This document shows, piece after piece, positions 50,759 through 64,000 of a stretch of DNA of 64,000 bases. A model generated the notes under the pieces. The model was not told the origin of the DNA and searched no databases. It saw only the letters and a list, made by a program, of their open reading frames with translations. Every line of letters starts with the position of its first letter. Position 1 is the stretch's first letter. Origin of the DNA: the human T2T-CHM13v2.0 reference genome, Homo sapiens; the NCBI RefSeq assembly GCF_009914755.1, contig NC_060937.1. One strand, 5' to 3'. Made by a program: the position numbers and the translations under genes.

Positions 50759-51200
50759 ACACTTTTATAGCATTGATACAAAAACAATGAGAGAAACAGC
50801 TGGATCACTGGAGTTACTATTCTCTAATGTACTGGCTCTTTAGAGCTAGAGCAAAAAATAAAAATATAAAAATAGAACTGTCCCAACATCCTCTGATCAA
50901 CCACTGTAGGCTCAGAAAAAGATAAATCATCAAGTATGACTTCCAATTAAGTTTTAATTTCTAAACCCAATGACGACTTAGGTATAAAAGCACTTAACTT
51001 GTGGAACACTTACATAGATGTAAAAGCAACCACTCTGATTTGTATTACTTTGTAATACCAGAAGGAAGTTCCAAAGAAATACTTAATGGAGTAAGAAGCT
51101 AGTTATTTCTCTCACACACGCAAATCCCTTAATTAGGTCTTCTGTATCCCCCACTTCCACTGTTTGCCAGCACTAAATCAGTTACTCTAGAACCAATACT

Positions 51201-51252
51201 GGATGGATGGATGGATGGATGGATGGATGGATGGATGGATGGATGGATGGAT
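51201..51252. repeat. (GGAT)13 tetranucleotide STR
   Basis: Seen directly. Confidence 0.97.
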
Positions 51253-52099
51253 TAGGTAATACAATCCACTCATCTTAAGCATATCTACAAAGTAAACAGT
51301 GTAGTTTATCAGCAAATGCAAATCTTCTAGATTACTGCACCACATTTTCCATCATCACGGACAACTGAATGTTAAAAGCCAAAAACAACGCAAGAGTAAA
51401 CAAAAAACGTTACAGACAACAAAGATAGTGAAAGAATCAAGACCACTGTTAAATGGCAATTCAACAGATCAAAAAAGTAGGGTCTATTGCTTGGGCTTCC
51501 ACACTCATTCTAGACTTCCAGGTTGAGGCTTTTACCTTCAGCAGTCTCTTGAGGTCCTCTGATTAGTAACACTAGTACTTGTTCACAAGGCTCTCCTGGA
51601 GGGGGAGGAGAGCCTCAAAAATTAGGATAGCCTGTCTTCAGTATTTCTCATGGCTATTAATACAAAACAGATGAATGGTTTTGCGTGTAAAGATGCAGAA
51701 AATTTAGACAACTGAAAAGAGACGCTCTAATGGATAGAAATAGCTTTGGAGAAATGTCAGTGAAGTGACAGGCTCCTCATAAAATGAGGCATTAGAAATG
51801 ATACATAGAGTTCAACAAGTCAGGATTCTACGCTTACTATACTTAGAAAATTGAAAAAATACAAACCACTGAAAATTCTTAAGATACTGCTAAATCCAGG
51901 ACAGGTGGTGATACAAAAAAAAAAAAAAAAAAAGCTATGGACACATACTAGCACAGTAAATGAATACGGAGATTACTTAGGGTAGAAATAGTCTGATTTG
52001 CTGCATCTTCATAAGGGAAACTGAAGTAGGTAAAATCTCATACTACAAACCCCTTCCCCAATTTAAAGCATTAAAGAGTCCTCACACCAAGCTAATTTA

Positions 52100-54414
52100 A
52101 AGGTTTAGTTTATACAATTGATAATTCTGCAAACCACAATATGTCAATAACTACATACTGTAATAAAAATAAACAAAGTCATACTTAATTCTATAATGCA
52201 TTAAGAATAACCTAAAAAAACAAATTGTGAATAAAGGCATATTTAATAAATTAGGGAACATCTTAACTTCTAATAGACTGGGGGAAATTTTTAAGTTTTC
52301 TATGTACACAAAGGCAGTGGGAACAAATGAAAAAAACAAATTACTACATTGTTGCAGCACATTAAAGACTGGATGGTGTATATTATTCACAATTACATCC
52401 TCTTTCCCATAGCCTGGCAGAGGAAAGTAGTTACCAAGCACAGGAACAATTTCAACATCTCACTGGAGTCTCCAAAAGCAAGCAGATACTGCAGGATGTC
52501 ATTAAGCAACTTACTGTCACTTCACACCATATGTGGCAGTAAGAAACTTAAAAAAAAAATTAAAAGGCACGCATAAGCTGATTTCAAATATTTTAAGTCC
52601 AGGCTACTCTCTTTAGATACAATGTTTTGAACACTTGTATAGAACAGTTTTTAAATAAACATTTCCAAAAACTTGAATACAGAACTTAGGAACCATGAAT
52701 CTTCACCAAAAAAAGTTACATTGAAAAAAAAAAAAATTCATGAAATAATTACAGCTAACCTATATTTAGAGATAAAATATTTTTTGGCAACCTATATTCT
52801 TTAGGAAAATAAAATGTTTGATTTTAGAGTAAGTAGTATGTTTACTAAAAGTTCTCACTATATTTCATGCCTATTTAAAATTCTACCTTTAAAGATCTTT
52901 AAACTGATTTTATATTGTTCCTTACCACAATTAGACTCATTGAAGAGCTCAAAACTAAAGCAACAGCATTTTTCCTAGCATGCACACACAAAATAATCTA
53001 CCATTTAGTCATCTCTTTAGCTTATGTTTTCAATTTTTAAGAATAATCAAACTGTCTAAAAAATATTGGGCAAAAATAAAAATATTTTCTCTACTTGATG
53101 ACATGTTTATGCATCTCAGGTAGCATTTTAGATCAATATCCTTTTCTTGAATGTTTTAATACCAGTATACTTAAACATATGTTAAGAGTAAATGAGGCAG
53201 ATTCTAGTGTATAAAATGAAAGCCATTCATAAGATTTCACATGCAAAAAAAAAAAAAAAATTCATAAAGTTCAAATGTGTTTGTCCTAAAAATAAACGTG
53301 CAAGTACACTACACAATGAAAATGACTCGACCATCTTAGCCTTTTTTTGACAGTATAAAGCTAAGTTCTTTCTGATGGCCCACTCTGAAAACGATCTCAG
53401 ATTCCATAATTTAAAAGCATTTTTCTAGCCTTTATTAAGTATACTTTGTGATAATACTTATATCCTAAAACAGAGGCACAGGTTTGAGAATTTAAATCTT
53501 CTGGATGTTGTTAGTCTTTCTTAAAGGTAACACTGATGCCATTTGCTCTATCAGCATAAAGTTGATATTTGTAAAAATAGCCATTAAATACTAATTCACA
53601 AGTATATTTAATGTACATATAAACCCTATGTTAAAAGTATAAACAAGAGGAAATATAGTTCTAAGACTTCTAAATGGTTGACCATCAAAAAGTGAACCAC
53701 CCTCTTTAAGACTTAACATAACATTAAAAAAAATTGCTTCAACATATGAATTTAAGACTTTACTTTATTCAGCAAAATCATTTATTTACACAATGGGGAA
53801 TGCTGGTTTGATTTTGTCAATGAAATAAAAACAAAATGAACAGAGACAATACTGAACTGTATATATACTTTGTATCAGAGTTGACCAACTGTTTCCTTAC
53901 CTGTATCAGGAACATCAAGAGCAACAGTATCACAAGGACACTGGTTTAACAATACACCACATAGGTCCAGTAATACCCTGGGAATTTCCCAATGCAATCA
54001 CCAACTTTTTCTTTTTTTATAAATATATAAAAAAACAAAAAGTCAGCAAAACCAGCATTATGATGTAGCAAACAGAGTATAACTCTGAAGTCAGTGGGGT
54101 CAGTAAAAGCCTTATCAGACCATCCATAGTTTTACAATGTGATCTGCTCTTCCTCAGACCACTAATATAGAATCCAAACAGGTGAAAAATACGTCACTCC
54201 TTAGAATACAACAATGATCTGATAAGGATTTGACTTAGTGGAAGGAAAAAAAAAAAAAAAAGGGAATTGCAGAGCATAGCCCCTATTAGAACAAGCTAAC
54301 TTTCCAGATTTTACAAATTAAAAAAACAAAAACAAAAACAAAAAACCACTTCAACATGAAGCTACCATACAAAGTTTTTCCATTTTTCTTTGTAAAAAGT
54401 TCAGAGTTTGCAAT
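52100..54414 (-). other. ARGLU1: ARGLU1 3' UTR (to ~53745, with probable long extension to ~52.1 kb)
   Basis: Repeat-poor, U-rich sequence on the mRNA strand; ATTAAA variant at 52247-52242; distal end not resolvable from sequence alone. Confidence 0.5.
53764..53786 (-). terminator. ARGLU1: Tandem AATAAA signals, ARGLU1 poly(A) site
   Basis: Plus-strand TTTATT at 53764-53769 and 53781-53786, ~630-650 nt after the stop codon. Confidence 0.75.
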
Positions 54415-54579
54415 TTAATCCTGGGTTTTTAATGAGAAGGACAGTTTTGGCCTGGACTTCCCCTTGCCCAGGATAATTTTTTGTTCTTCTTTTTGTTGAC
54501 GTTGTCGTTCTTGTTCTAGTTTCATCCTTTCCTCATGAATCTTTCTTTGTTCTTCAACAATTCTCAACTGTTCTTCGGC
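54415..54579 (-). CDS. ARGLU1: ARGLU1 (arginine and glutamate rich 1) last coding exon
   Basis: Read manually: [54 protein letters not shown], the ARGLU1 C-terminus. Acceptor TTAACTTTCAG|GCC; 165 nt, phase 0. Missed by the ORF track; upstream exons lie beyond the window. Confidence 0.95.
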   Translation of the reverse strand, partial: AEEQLRIVEEQRKIHEERMKLEQERQRQQKEEQKIILGKGKSRPKLSFSLKTQD

Positions 54580-55471
54580 CTGAAAGTTAAAAGTAAAAAT
54601 TAATTATAGAAATGTATTAAAAATTATCATATGTACCCCTGCAACAGGTGTTATCTATTATGTATCTACAAAAAAATTTTTAATGCAAATGCAAAAAAGG
54701 GGGTAAAAACAAGGACTTCCTATGAATTACATGCCTTCAAAATATTTTAGTTATGAGGTGACAACTTACACACAATGGCATGTGTCATAAAATCTGACGA
54801 AGGTCACATAGTTTGGTAGAGAAAAAAGAATTAAGAAAATTAAAAGAGAACCCTTTATTAATTACATCTACATTTTCTGTCTTTCATTTTCAATGAAAAT
54901 AAATGAACAAATTATGGAAAAGCATTTACACATTTTGGAAGTGGAAATTAATTTCCACAAATCACATGTTGAGATCATGACAGATTTTGTTCTATACCTA
55001 TTTTTATCTCTAACTTCATTGTACCAGATTAATAGATTGTTAATTATAAACCGAGGTACAGATTTACTCAAAGAGCAGGTTATCTACCAATTGCCATATT
55101 TATAGTTGAAGGGCATACACACACACAAAAAAACAGAAACATAGGAAAAAATCTCCACTGGGGCTTTTTGTGTGGTCAAATCATGCTGAAAACAAAGGGA
55201 CTATATTATAGTATCAGTAGACAACCAAGAAACACGACAGACCCAATTACCTGAAGAAAAATATTACAAAACCTTCTGACCTGACTAACTATAAAGTGCT
55301 ATCTAATTTCAAAAGGACACTGGTATAACTGATTCCACTCCTGCAGTGCCTTCAACTCCTTCCATGTCAAGCAACTTCTTTCCCGCATTCTTCCACAGAT
55401 TTCCCCCTCTTTACCAAAGTCAGGCCCTTCTCATGCTTCCTAGAGATACCATACACACATCTTCAATTCTC

Positions 55472-55676
55472 AATTCTCAACCAAGCACAATTTTAATCCC
55501 TTCCCCAAGGGGACATTAGGCAATGCATGGAGATGATTCTGGCTGCCACAACTGGGAATGGCTCCTGGCATCTAGTGGGTGGAAGACTGGGACAATGCTA
55601 CACATCCTATAATATGGAAGACAGCTCCCACAACAAAGAATGATCCAATCAGTGCCAAAATTGAGAAAGCCTGCTC
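55472..55676. mobile_element. MER20 DNA transposon
   Basis: GGGGACATTAGGCAATGCATGGAGA...CACAACTGGG...CTGGCATCTAGTGGGTGGAAG...CCCACAACAAAGAATGATC...GTGCCAAAATTGAGAAAGCCTG. Confidence 0.88.
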
Positions 55677-56329
55677 TAACCCTTTTTAATATCAGTTATC
55701 ATGATTTATCCTTTTTCCCCTCTATCTGACAGTGATCTTAAAACATTCGCTGCATCCTTTGAGCTGCCTACCTATTCCCATTCAAAGTCAAATTTTAGGT
55801 CATTGATTCCATCTCCATTATTCTACTAAAATTTTCTTCTGTATGGTCAAAATCTATCAAATTCAGTGATTTTTCTCTTTATTCAAATAAATTCTTCTGT
55901 TCACTTAAGTCTTTTAAAAACGTTCTCTCTTCTGATACATTCTCTAATGCCACACACTAATTACTTCTTTTGTCTCCATTGATATATATGTATTTTTTAA
56001 ATAAAGTGTAAAGTGACTGGTTTACAGGCATTTATGGCAGAGGAAGATGGAAAAGGTAACAGGACTCCGGTATGCAATAAAAAATGTTGAGATTTTATCT
56101 TAAGTAGCAAAAAGGGAAGAACGCAAAGAAGTTTAGACAGCAATGTGACGTAGACTAAAAGATAGGTGTTGGAACAAATCAACCGCAGTCAAGTAAGGTT
56201 GGAGATAACAAAGATCAGAATTACAAGCAGTGAGAGAATCTGGCAGGTGAGCATGGTGGAAAATCCAACAGAGAGCTAAAATGTATCTTTAAGATACAGC
56301 TCTCTAAAACCTTTTTCCTATGCTACATT

Positions 56330-56950
56330 TAGACCTGGCTACTGGACACATCCACCTGGGAGACCTAGGACTTGCTTCAAAATTCAACATGTTTCAAGAT
56401 TTAAATTCTTCCACTTTATCCTTAAAATAAATCTGCCCTTTACACTTTCCCTTCCGCCACTCAAATTCTATAGCTTTATTTCATCTCTTCCTTCTTCAGT
56501 CAAGTTTGTTACTTCTTGTTTTATATTCTCTGCCTAGAGTTTATTTTCATTTCTTTTGCCAGCTTCATCAGTTTAGGGCCACATATCTTTTGTACATCTA
56601 AAATGGTGCCCGTTTCCAGTGTGTCCTTCAATCCATCCTACACGATACTGCCAGACTCACCTTTCTTGACCACTGCTCACTCTTTCTTGTTCTCAAATTG
56701 CCAATGATATCCACTGTCCATGGCATACAGCTTAACTTCCTAAAGTATAATGTTTCTCTAAGACAAGATTTTCTATAACCTGGCTCCAGCTTTGTTTCTA
56801 CTCCTCTTCTAAATTCTCCTTTCTATCTTGTTCCCCCGTCTTTTGCTCATGCCATTCTTTCCTTCTATGGAAATCCTACCTGTACATCAGAATCTATTTC
56901 AAATAGCCACTCTCTTCCTTAGGCTTTCACTGATATTACAACAAAAAGAA
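56330..56950 (+). mobile_element. Degenerate L2 fragments
   Basis: CTGGACACATCCACCTGG...AAATTCAACATGTTTCAA and pyrimidine-rich L2-like stretches. Confidence 0.45.
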
Positions 56951-57298
56951 CTGCCTGCTATCGGTCATCATTAATGAATTCATATGCCAATCACTTTATC
57001 CAGTTTTAATAAATCATCACAAATTTGGGGTAAGAGCTTAGTGTGTGCAACTGAATCAAGATGTAGTAAGGGTTCTTTGGATGTGTGTGTGTGCCTAAGA
57101 AACATTTTATCAATATAAATACTCAGATTCACTTTCTTCTAAGGTTCTAACTCAACCCTAGGAAAGCATCCTAGAGCCCTGGAGAGTGAGGGTACATAAA
57201 GAACATCACAACCTTAATCCATAAGAGAAATCTAATGAACATTACAAATATACCATTTTTTACCCTAGAAGACAGAAATTCAAAGTGTGACAGCACAC

Positions 57299-57680
57299 TG
57301 CTGTGGTTTCAGTATGTCCCCCAAAGGTCGCTGTTAGAATTAACTGGCATTGTTAACAGTATTAAGATGTGGGGCATTTAAGCAGTGATTAGGCCATGAG
57401 GGGTTCATCCTCATGAATGGATTAATTCTGTTATTACCCGAGTGGGATGTGGGTTGGTTACCATGGGAATGGGCTCCTGATAAAAAGACGAGTCTGGCCA
57501 CCACTTTTCTCTCTCTCTAGGGCCCTCTCTGTCTAGCTTGCTCGCCATGTGATGCCTTCCACCATGGGGAAACCTCATGGGATGCCTGTGCCATGTTCTT
57601 AGGCTTCCCGGCTTCCAGAACCCTGAGCCAAATATTTTTATAAATTACCCTGTTAGAGCAGCAAAAAATGGACTAACACA
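57299..57680 (+). mobile_element. MaLR solo LTR (MST family)
   Basis: TGCTGTGGTTT...ATTAGGCCATGAGGG...GCCATGTGATGCCTTCC...TAAATTACCC...AATGGACTAACACA with TG...CA termini. Confidence 0.88.
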
Positions 57681-57849
57681 CATATGCTATCATATAAAGA
57701 GCACTCTCACACTATCAAAATTACATCTTCGTAATACTTTATGCCAGCAAGTACATTTTCTGGAATTTACATTATGTACTTGTACAGCAATGTGCAAATT
57801 TTGCACCCATGCGAAACTGATATATTTACAGGGTTACATATTACAACAC

Positions 57850-58275
57850 AGTTTATAGAAAGAAAAGAATGTGAAAAAAACCCAAATATCCACCAATATG
57901 GGGTACACTAAATAAATTACTGAAGATATATAAAGGAGAATATTGTATAGCCATTAAAAACAAGTAAGAGGAAAAAAGGAGGCCCCTATGTTCCGCAATG
58001 GAAAAATCTCCAAGTTACACTGTTAAATGAAAAAAAGAAAGTTCCTTGTGTACATGCTACTTTTGTGCAATAAAGGGAGAATTAAAATATTATGCATTTG
58101 TATCTGCCTGAATATGCTTTTACAGACATTCTGAAAAGATTTTAAAAACCCGTAACTGAGTACACTTTTGGAGACGGGGCTGGGAATTGGGGATTGGGTT
58201 GGGGGTAAGGACTTCACTGTTTCTCTTCCTAAAAAAACAAAATTTGAACCATGTGATCATTTTGCCTAATTAAAA
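57850..58275 (+). mobile_element. Old L1M (L1MC/ME-type) 3' fragment
   Basis: AACCCAAATATCCACCAATA...TATAGCCATTAAAAA...ATGGAAAAATCTCCAAG...TGTTAAATGAAAAAAAG. Confidence 0.6.
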
Positions 58276-59119
58276 AAACAAGATATTTAAAGTAAAGCAA
58301 CTTCCTTCAGATAAAATACTAATTCTGCACTTTAGATTGGGTAAAGAATCAAGTTTCTTCACTTAGGTCTACAAATACAGAAGGCAAAAGTGTGTTGTGT
58401 ATGTATGTACAGCAGAGTTGATTTTCTCCGGGACTACGGCTCAACAATGTTAATCACCAATGCTAGGCATACAGTGCCTACTAGAAGTATTTAATGCAAT
58501 GATTTAAAAATTAGTTGAATATACTGTCTATATACAAATATTGGTATTTTGTTCTACTATGGCTTTAGGCATAAATCTTAATTACACTTTGACAAAAAAA
58601 AAGACTATTCAAACACTAACAACCGTCATCTCTCATTTTAATATAGTCTCTCAAGTGATAAAAGCTGGTTTCCTGTTCATCCACCACTTGTAAGTGTGGT
58701 ATGACCCTATACCTTATTTGCTAGGTATTTTCCTAAATCCTACCCTCTCTCTGTAGTAACTTTTTCTTTCCTGATGACTTGACTTGCCGGAGAATACAAC
58801 CATTGCTCCTTTCCCTGCTTGTTTCACATTTATGCACAAGAAAGCAGTATTTGCATGGGGGGTTGGGGATGCATATATGTATTTATACAGATGAGTAATA
58901 CTAAGCAACTCACTCACAAGGATTACGTAGTGGACAGCTTGGAGGCCAAGGAGAAAGCTAACATCCACAATACCAGAACCAATACACTGGGGCAGACCCT
59001 CCTAGCCATTATGCCCATAACCCTGTTCAATCTCACAAAGGTGGCTTTCAACTTTGTACCCCAAGCTAAAGAGTGACTGGTGGTAAGAAGTACACACACA
59101 AAAAAATGTTCCATTATAG

Positions 59120-59465
<346 letters not shown>

Positions 59466-61011
59466 TCTGCCCTACCGTCTTTACCCAGAGGATCTACTGA
59501 TTTTATAAAGATTACCTTCCTAAGCATTCTCCTTCTTAAACTGTCCATAAATTTAATCAAGGTAGTTCTTAGCAACAGTCCCTTTAGCAGACAGAGATAC
59601 TGAAATCTATTCTCTATTTGAAATATATGTAACTTTATAAAATTTTAAAAATCCATAGAAATATTTCAAGAGTGATTATAGAAATGGATGAAAAACAGCA
59701 CAATTAGAAACTATGCCACTATTCAGAAATGTGATTTCTACATTTTAAACCTTCCAAGATAAACAGCCTGATCCACTCTGCCATTTATAATTTTAATTCC
59801 TTTATTCATCTTCCCTTCCATAACTTTTTAAATGTATATCCCACTTTAGATAACCAATGAATAAAAAAATGAAAAAAATATATTTGATACGATTAGTTCT
59901 GACACTTAGTAAACTACGTCAGTAAATTTTTCTGAGGTATTCCATGTACAATGTTAAATAACAGAAGGGTAAAACGCAAGGATCCCCTTCATCCCTGTGA
60001 CAACATATTTATTCTCACAGTTACCTCCTTAGGGTTTCTAATATGCCAAACCATCATTACAGGATATCATTAGCTACCATCTAAATTCCTATCACCACCT
60101 ACTCCCTTTACCCCCTTTTATTCTTAATTCCCCTCTTGTGACATTTATATATAATCTTAAATCATTTTTGAAACTTCAACCTTAGATAATATCTCCATGG
60201 ATTCCATGTTACCTGAAGTGAAGACAACTGTTTCAAAAGGAGGAAGTGACTGAGATTGAGCTTTGTATGCAATATTATGTACAAAAAGCACTGCCTGAGC
60301 ACTCTGGAGAGACTGCTGTATAATTTTGCCAAGGAAAATCAGATGCCTTTGGAATTTTCTTTATACTTTCTGTTCTAAAATTTCACAAATAAAGGTATTA
60401 TCTAGATGTGGCTCTTTTAATCTTCTGTATCCTACATTCTCTCTTTTTACAGTTCTTCTGTCTTGGTCATTCACTATTTTGTGCACTAAGTTTTCCTTAA
60501 ATGCTTAGGGATACCTGGCATGAGTTTATTAGGAATGATTACATCAGGAGTGTCTTTTCTGGTTCCTACAACAGACTTTCCCCTGCGTCCCGGCTTTTTC
60601 ATACCTCTTCACTCACCAAGTTTATTAGTTCTCCCTCACAGTTTCTAAGAACTGCTACTTTGGTGATTCAAGGCCCCATCTTTTGACTGGCCTTCAGTGG
60701 CTTCGTGTTTCCAATTTGTGTCCTACAAACCCATCCTTCACAATGTCAATACACTCACTCATGTCCAGAAATTTATTTTTTAAATTACTGTCCCAAATAC
60801 ATTAACATAAGGTCTTCAACCAGCTTTTTATCTTAACAATCAGGAAAAAACCTCTCGCTCTCTGAAAATCCTTACCTGACTTACCCAAAACTTCATTTCA
60901 AATTAAAATATTTGACATTTACATTTGGTGCCTTATTTTTCCTAAGTATTGTACCATTTCAACTTATAGAAATGCTTGCTCTACTATAAGATACCCTGTT
61001 CTTTTTCCAAC

Positions 61012-62470
61012 TGTGTTCATTTCCTGTGGCCACTGTAACAAACTGCAACTGGATGAAATTTATTATGGAGTCAAGAAGTCCAAAATCAGTATCACTGGAA
61101 CAAAAATCAAAAGTGTTGGCAGGGACACACTTCCTCCAGAGGTTCTATGGGAGAATCTGTTCCCTGCCTCTTCCAGCTTCTGGTGGCTGCCAAGGTTTCT
61201 TGGTGTGTGGACACTTCACTCCAAGATCAACATCCTCAAATCTCTGTGTTTGTTTTCACATCACCTTTCCTATGTGCATGGATTCTGTCAGGAGTCTGAA
61301 CACCTTCCTTCATCGTGTCATGTGTCTTTTTCAGTACCAGTTGGCAGTTTCTGCTGACACAACATTCTCAGAAACTTTGGAGGTCCCCTACACGTCACAT
61401 CATTAAACATCGTTCTCCATAGATATTTCCTGGATAATCTCATCTATTTCTGGCTTTTACTGAGATAGTACGGGAACCTATGAGTTACATGCATAGTTTC
61501 TTCCACACAAACAAAAGGCTGTCTAGCAATACCCCTGGCCTTCTTTCCAGAGACAGTTTTTCTAACAGTGAACACCTTTTGCCATCTGAGTAGCCTGAGA
61601 TATTCCCAACATCCAGTGCTGGTGGTTCTTTCTATACTTATCAGTTCATTCTTCAATTTAGCTTTTCTTGCCACTTTACTATAAACAGGAAGAAACCAGG
61701 CTGCAACTTCAACACTTACTTAGAATTCTCAGCTAAATATGAAAAAGTTTTAAGTTCTGCCTTATATACAACTGTAGGACACAATTCAGCCAAGCTTTCT
61801 ATCACTTATAGAAAGGATCTCTTTCCCTCCAGTTTATATGTTCCTAAGTTGCTTCTGAGCCCTAACCAGAAGCACCTTTAAAATCCATATTTTTGCCAAC
61901 AGTCTTTAAAGGCAACATATGCATTTTCTATCATGTGACTCAAAACTGGAGCCTCTACCCACTGTCCAATTCCAAAACCACTTCCACATTTTTAGGTAAC
62001 ATATTACCACAAACTAAACAGCTCAAAATAAATTTATTCTGGAGGCCAGGAGTCTGAAATCAGTATCACTGGGCTGAAAGCAAGGTGTCAGAAGGGTGTC
62101 CATTCTCCTTCTGGAGTCTTTAGCGGAGAGTCTGCTCCTTGTCTCTTACAGCTTCTGGTGGCTGCGAGGATTCCTTGGCTTCAGCCTACATCACTTCAAT
62201 CTTCAACGCCAACATTTCCAAATCTCTCTCCTCTGTCTTTACTTAGCTTCCTTCTCCTGTCTGTGCTATATGCTAAAATTTCCCTCTGCCTCTCTAAGAA
62301 AACATGTGATGGCATTTAAGGCCCACCAGATAATCCAGAATAAACTCCCCATTGCAAGATACTTAATCACATCTGCAAAAGCCCCGCCCTCCTTGTCATA
62401 TATGGGCACATTCAAATTCCAGGCACTAGAATACAGATTGTTTTTCATGGAGAGAGGACAGAAGGGATTT
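61012..62470 (-). mobile_element. MLT1-type MaLR remnant: LTR (~61012-61290), internal sequence, LTR (~62000-62470)
   Basis: Two same-orientation MLT1-like segments share AAATCAGTATCACTGG (61083, 62057) and CAGCTTCTGGTGGCTGC (61174, 62149). The intervening DNA ends CCACTTCCACATTTTTAGGTA, as MaLR internal regions do. Confidence 0.7.
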
Positions 62471-63449
62471 TTCAGCCTATCATACAAACTCATTTAAAAG
62501 AAAGCCATCTCGCAAAGCAAACTCTGGTTTATTTCAAACTTATGTATGTGGTACACATTTGATATATAAGCAACTTTCAAACATGGCATATCTTTTCTTC
62601 TCTCAAACTGCTGAGATAACAAACTGGTGAGATACAAAGTGGTATAACACGATGAACTTGGCAAGGGGTGAGAAGAAAACTATTTCATTAGTAAAGAGAT
62701 CTGTAAATCTAGAATTTATAACTTGCATATACTTTAAAACCCCAAACACCCCCATCTCCCATCAAAAGTAATTTGTCCTTCCTTTGACCAGTATGTTACC
62801 TAAAATTTTATTAGAAATTATCAATCTATCAATCTATTATTATAGTTTAGGCGTTTACACCAGATTCACTAGCCAGGTTGTACGGTTTGTATTTTACAAT
62901 CTTGACAAGGGTATAGATTGAGAGTTTCTTCCTTCTGCTGACACAACCTTCTGGAAGAGTATTTTATTCTATAGCAAAATCTATCCCCAATTTTTAAGTC
63001 TGTTTCCCTCTCCAAAAAAGTAAAATTCATATACATTTCAGAACAGTATCTGAGATTTTCCCAGGCACATCATAAAAACACCATGAAGACTTCAAAAAAT
63101 TTTAAGCATTATTTTTAACAAAAGAAAATTAAAATTTTCCATTGTATTAACCCTTCAAATACCTAAAGATAGTTATGTGTCGCCAACACTAACTCAAGAA
63201 CAAAGAACAATCTGCCAAAAAGCCAAGTCAAGTCATATTTGGATGCTTTTACTTTGTAAATAAAGTATGTTTGTTGGTTAATACTTTTGTCTCTGTTGAC
63301 AAACCAAATATCTTGGTACACAATGTGGAACTGAAAAAAACAGTAACTACCCATGGATTAGAGCACTTAATGATTTTCACATATGGATGAGCTCGTGTGG
63401 CTAGGCTAACACATTCCTTATTAGTCATTACGGGATTCAATCTGTGAAC

Positions 63450-64000
63450 TTGTGTCACAAAAGGCTACTTAAAAGTCAAAAGTATGACTTTAACTTCTTT
63501 ACTAGTATTTCTATGTGATAAAAAAAAGTGATATACATTACTTGTAGCATGTAGAAACTGAAGAAAAGTATAAAGTTACACGTAAGACTACCAATTAAGG
63601 ATAACTATTTTTAGCATTTTGGCTTATTTTTCTGTCTCTTAAAATGTGCAAGTATATGTTTCTCAAAATAAAAGGATCATATTGGATATATAAATTTTGT
63701 ATTTAGCTACCTCCTATTTTGTATTTCCCCTGAATTATCAAATACTTTTTGGCTACAGAAAAACCCACTGTGTAATAATAATGAATCCAACAACTTGGAC
63801 ATTTCTATTTTAAATAATTTGAGAGTATCTTTGTACATAAATTCATTTGTAAATGATTCTATCTCATGAGATAAATTCTTAGACACAGAATTAAAGTTTT
63901 TTATATTTACTGATTTACTGTTAATTGTCTTTGGAAACTGTTATACCCATTTAAATTCTCATGATCATCAGGTAAAGAGGTATCTGTATAATAACCCGCC
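63450..64000 (-). mobile_element. Old L1M fragment
   Basis: AT-rich, with reverse L1ME-like phrases (TTGGACATTT...TCTTTGTACATAAAT...GATAAATTCTTAGA). Confidence 0.45.

Noticed and set aside
23222-54579. Possible in-frame ARGLU1-EFNB2 read-through fusion
   Set aside because: The ARGLU1 last-exon acceptor is phase 0 and the EFNB2 exon 2 acceptor is phase 2, so the simplest chimera is out of frame and lacks the signal peptide.

Overview
Human-type (primate) genomic DNA, recognisable as the EFNB2/ARGLU1 locus. It is not prokaryotic, so almost all ORFs in the supplied track are chance. The window holds the complete EFNB2 (ephrin-B2) gene on the minus strand. Five coding exons (45374-45253, 23222-22939, 6250-6158, 5404-5291, 3838-3450) have GT-AG boundaries and sum to 1002 nt (333 aa + stop). 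The gene has a CpG-island promoter (~44.4-47.1 kb) and a ~3.3 kb 3' UTR ending near position ~155. On the same strand, upstream of EFNB2, lie the last coding exon (54579-54415), 3' UTR and part of the last intron of ARGLU1. The rest is intronic or intergenic sequence with Alu, MIR, L1, L2, MaLR/ERV LTR and DNA-transposon relics plus microsatellites. I found no new protein-coding system. The signals most worth following up are non-coding: (1) two near-perfect RFX X-boxes plus a FOX:ETS composite inside the EFNB2 3' UTR; (2) a tandem pair of 25-nt hairpins in intron 1 whose differences are compensatory; (3) nested, mutually exclusive inverted repeats that overlap two GTAAGT donor-like motifs in intron 2; (4) a single strong-Kozak 20-aa uORF; (5) motif clusters suggesting Notch/ETS and OTX-type enhancers; (6) a possible secreted ephrin-B2 isoform from intron-4 read-through. 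All functional readings are hypotheses from visual inspection; no searches were run.
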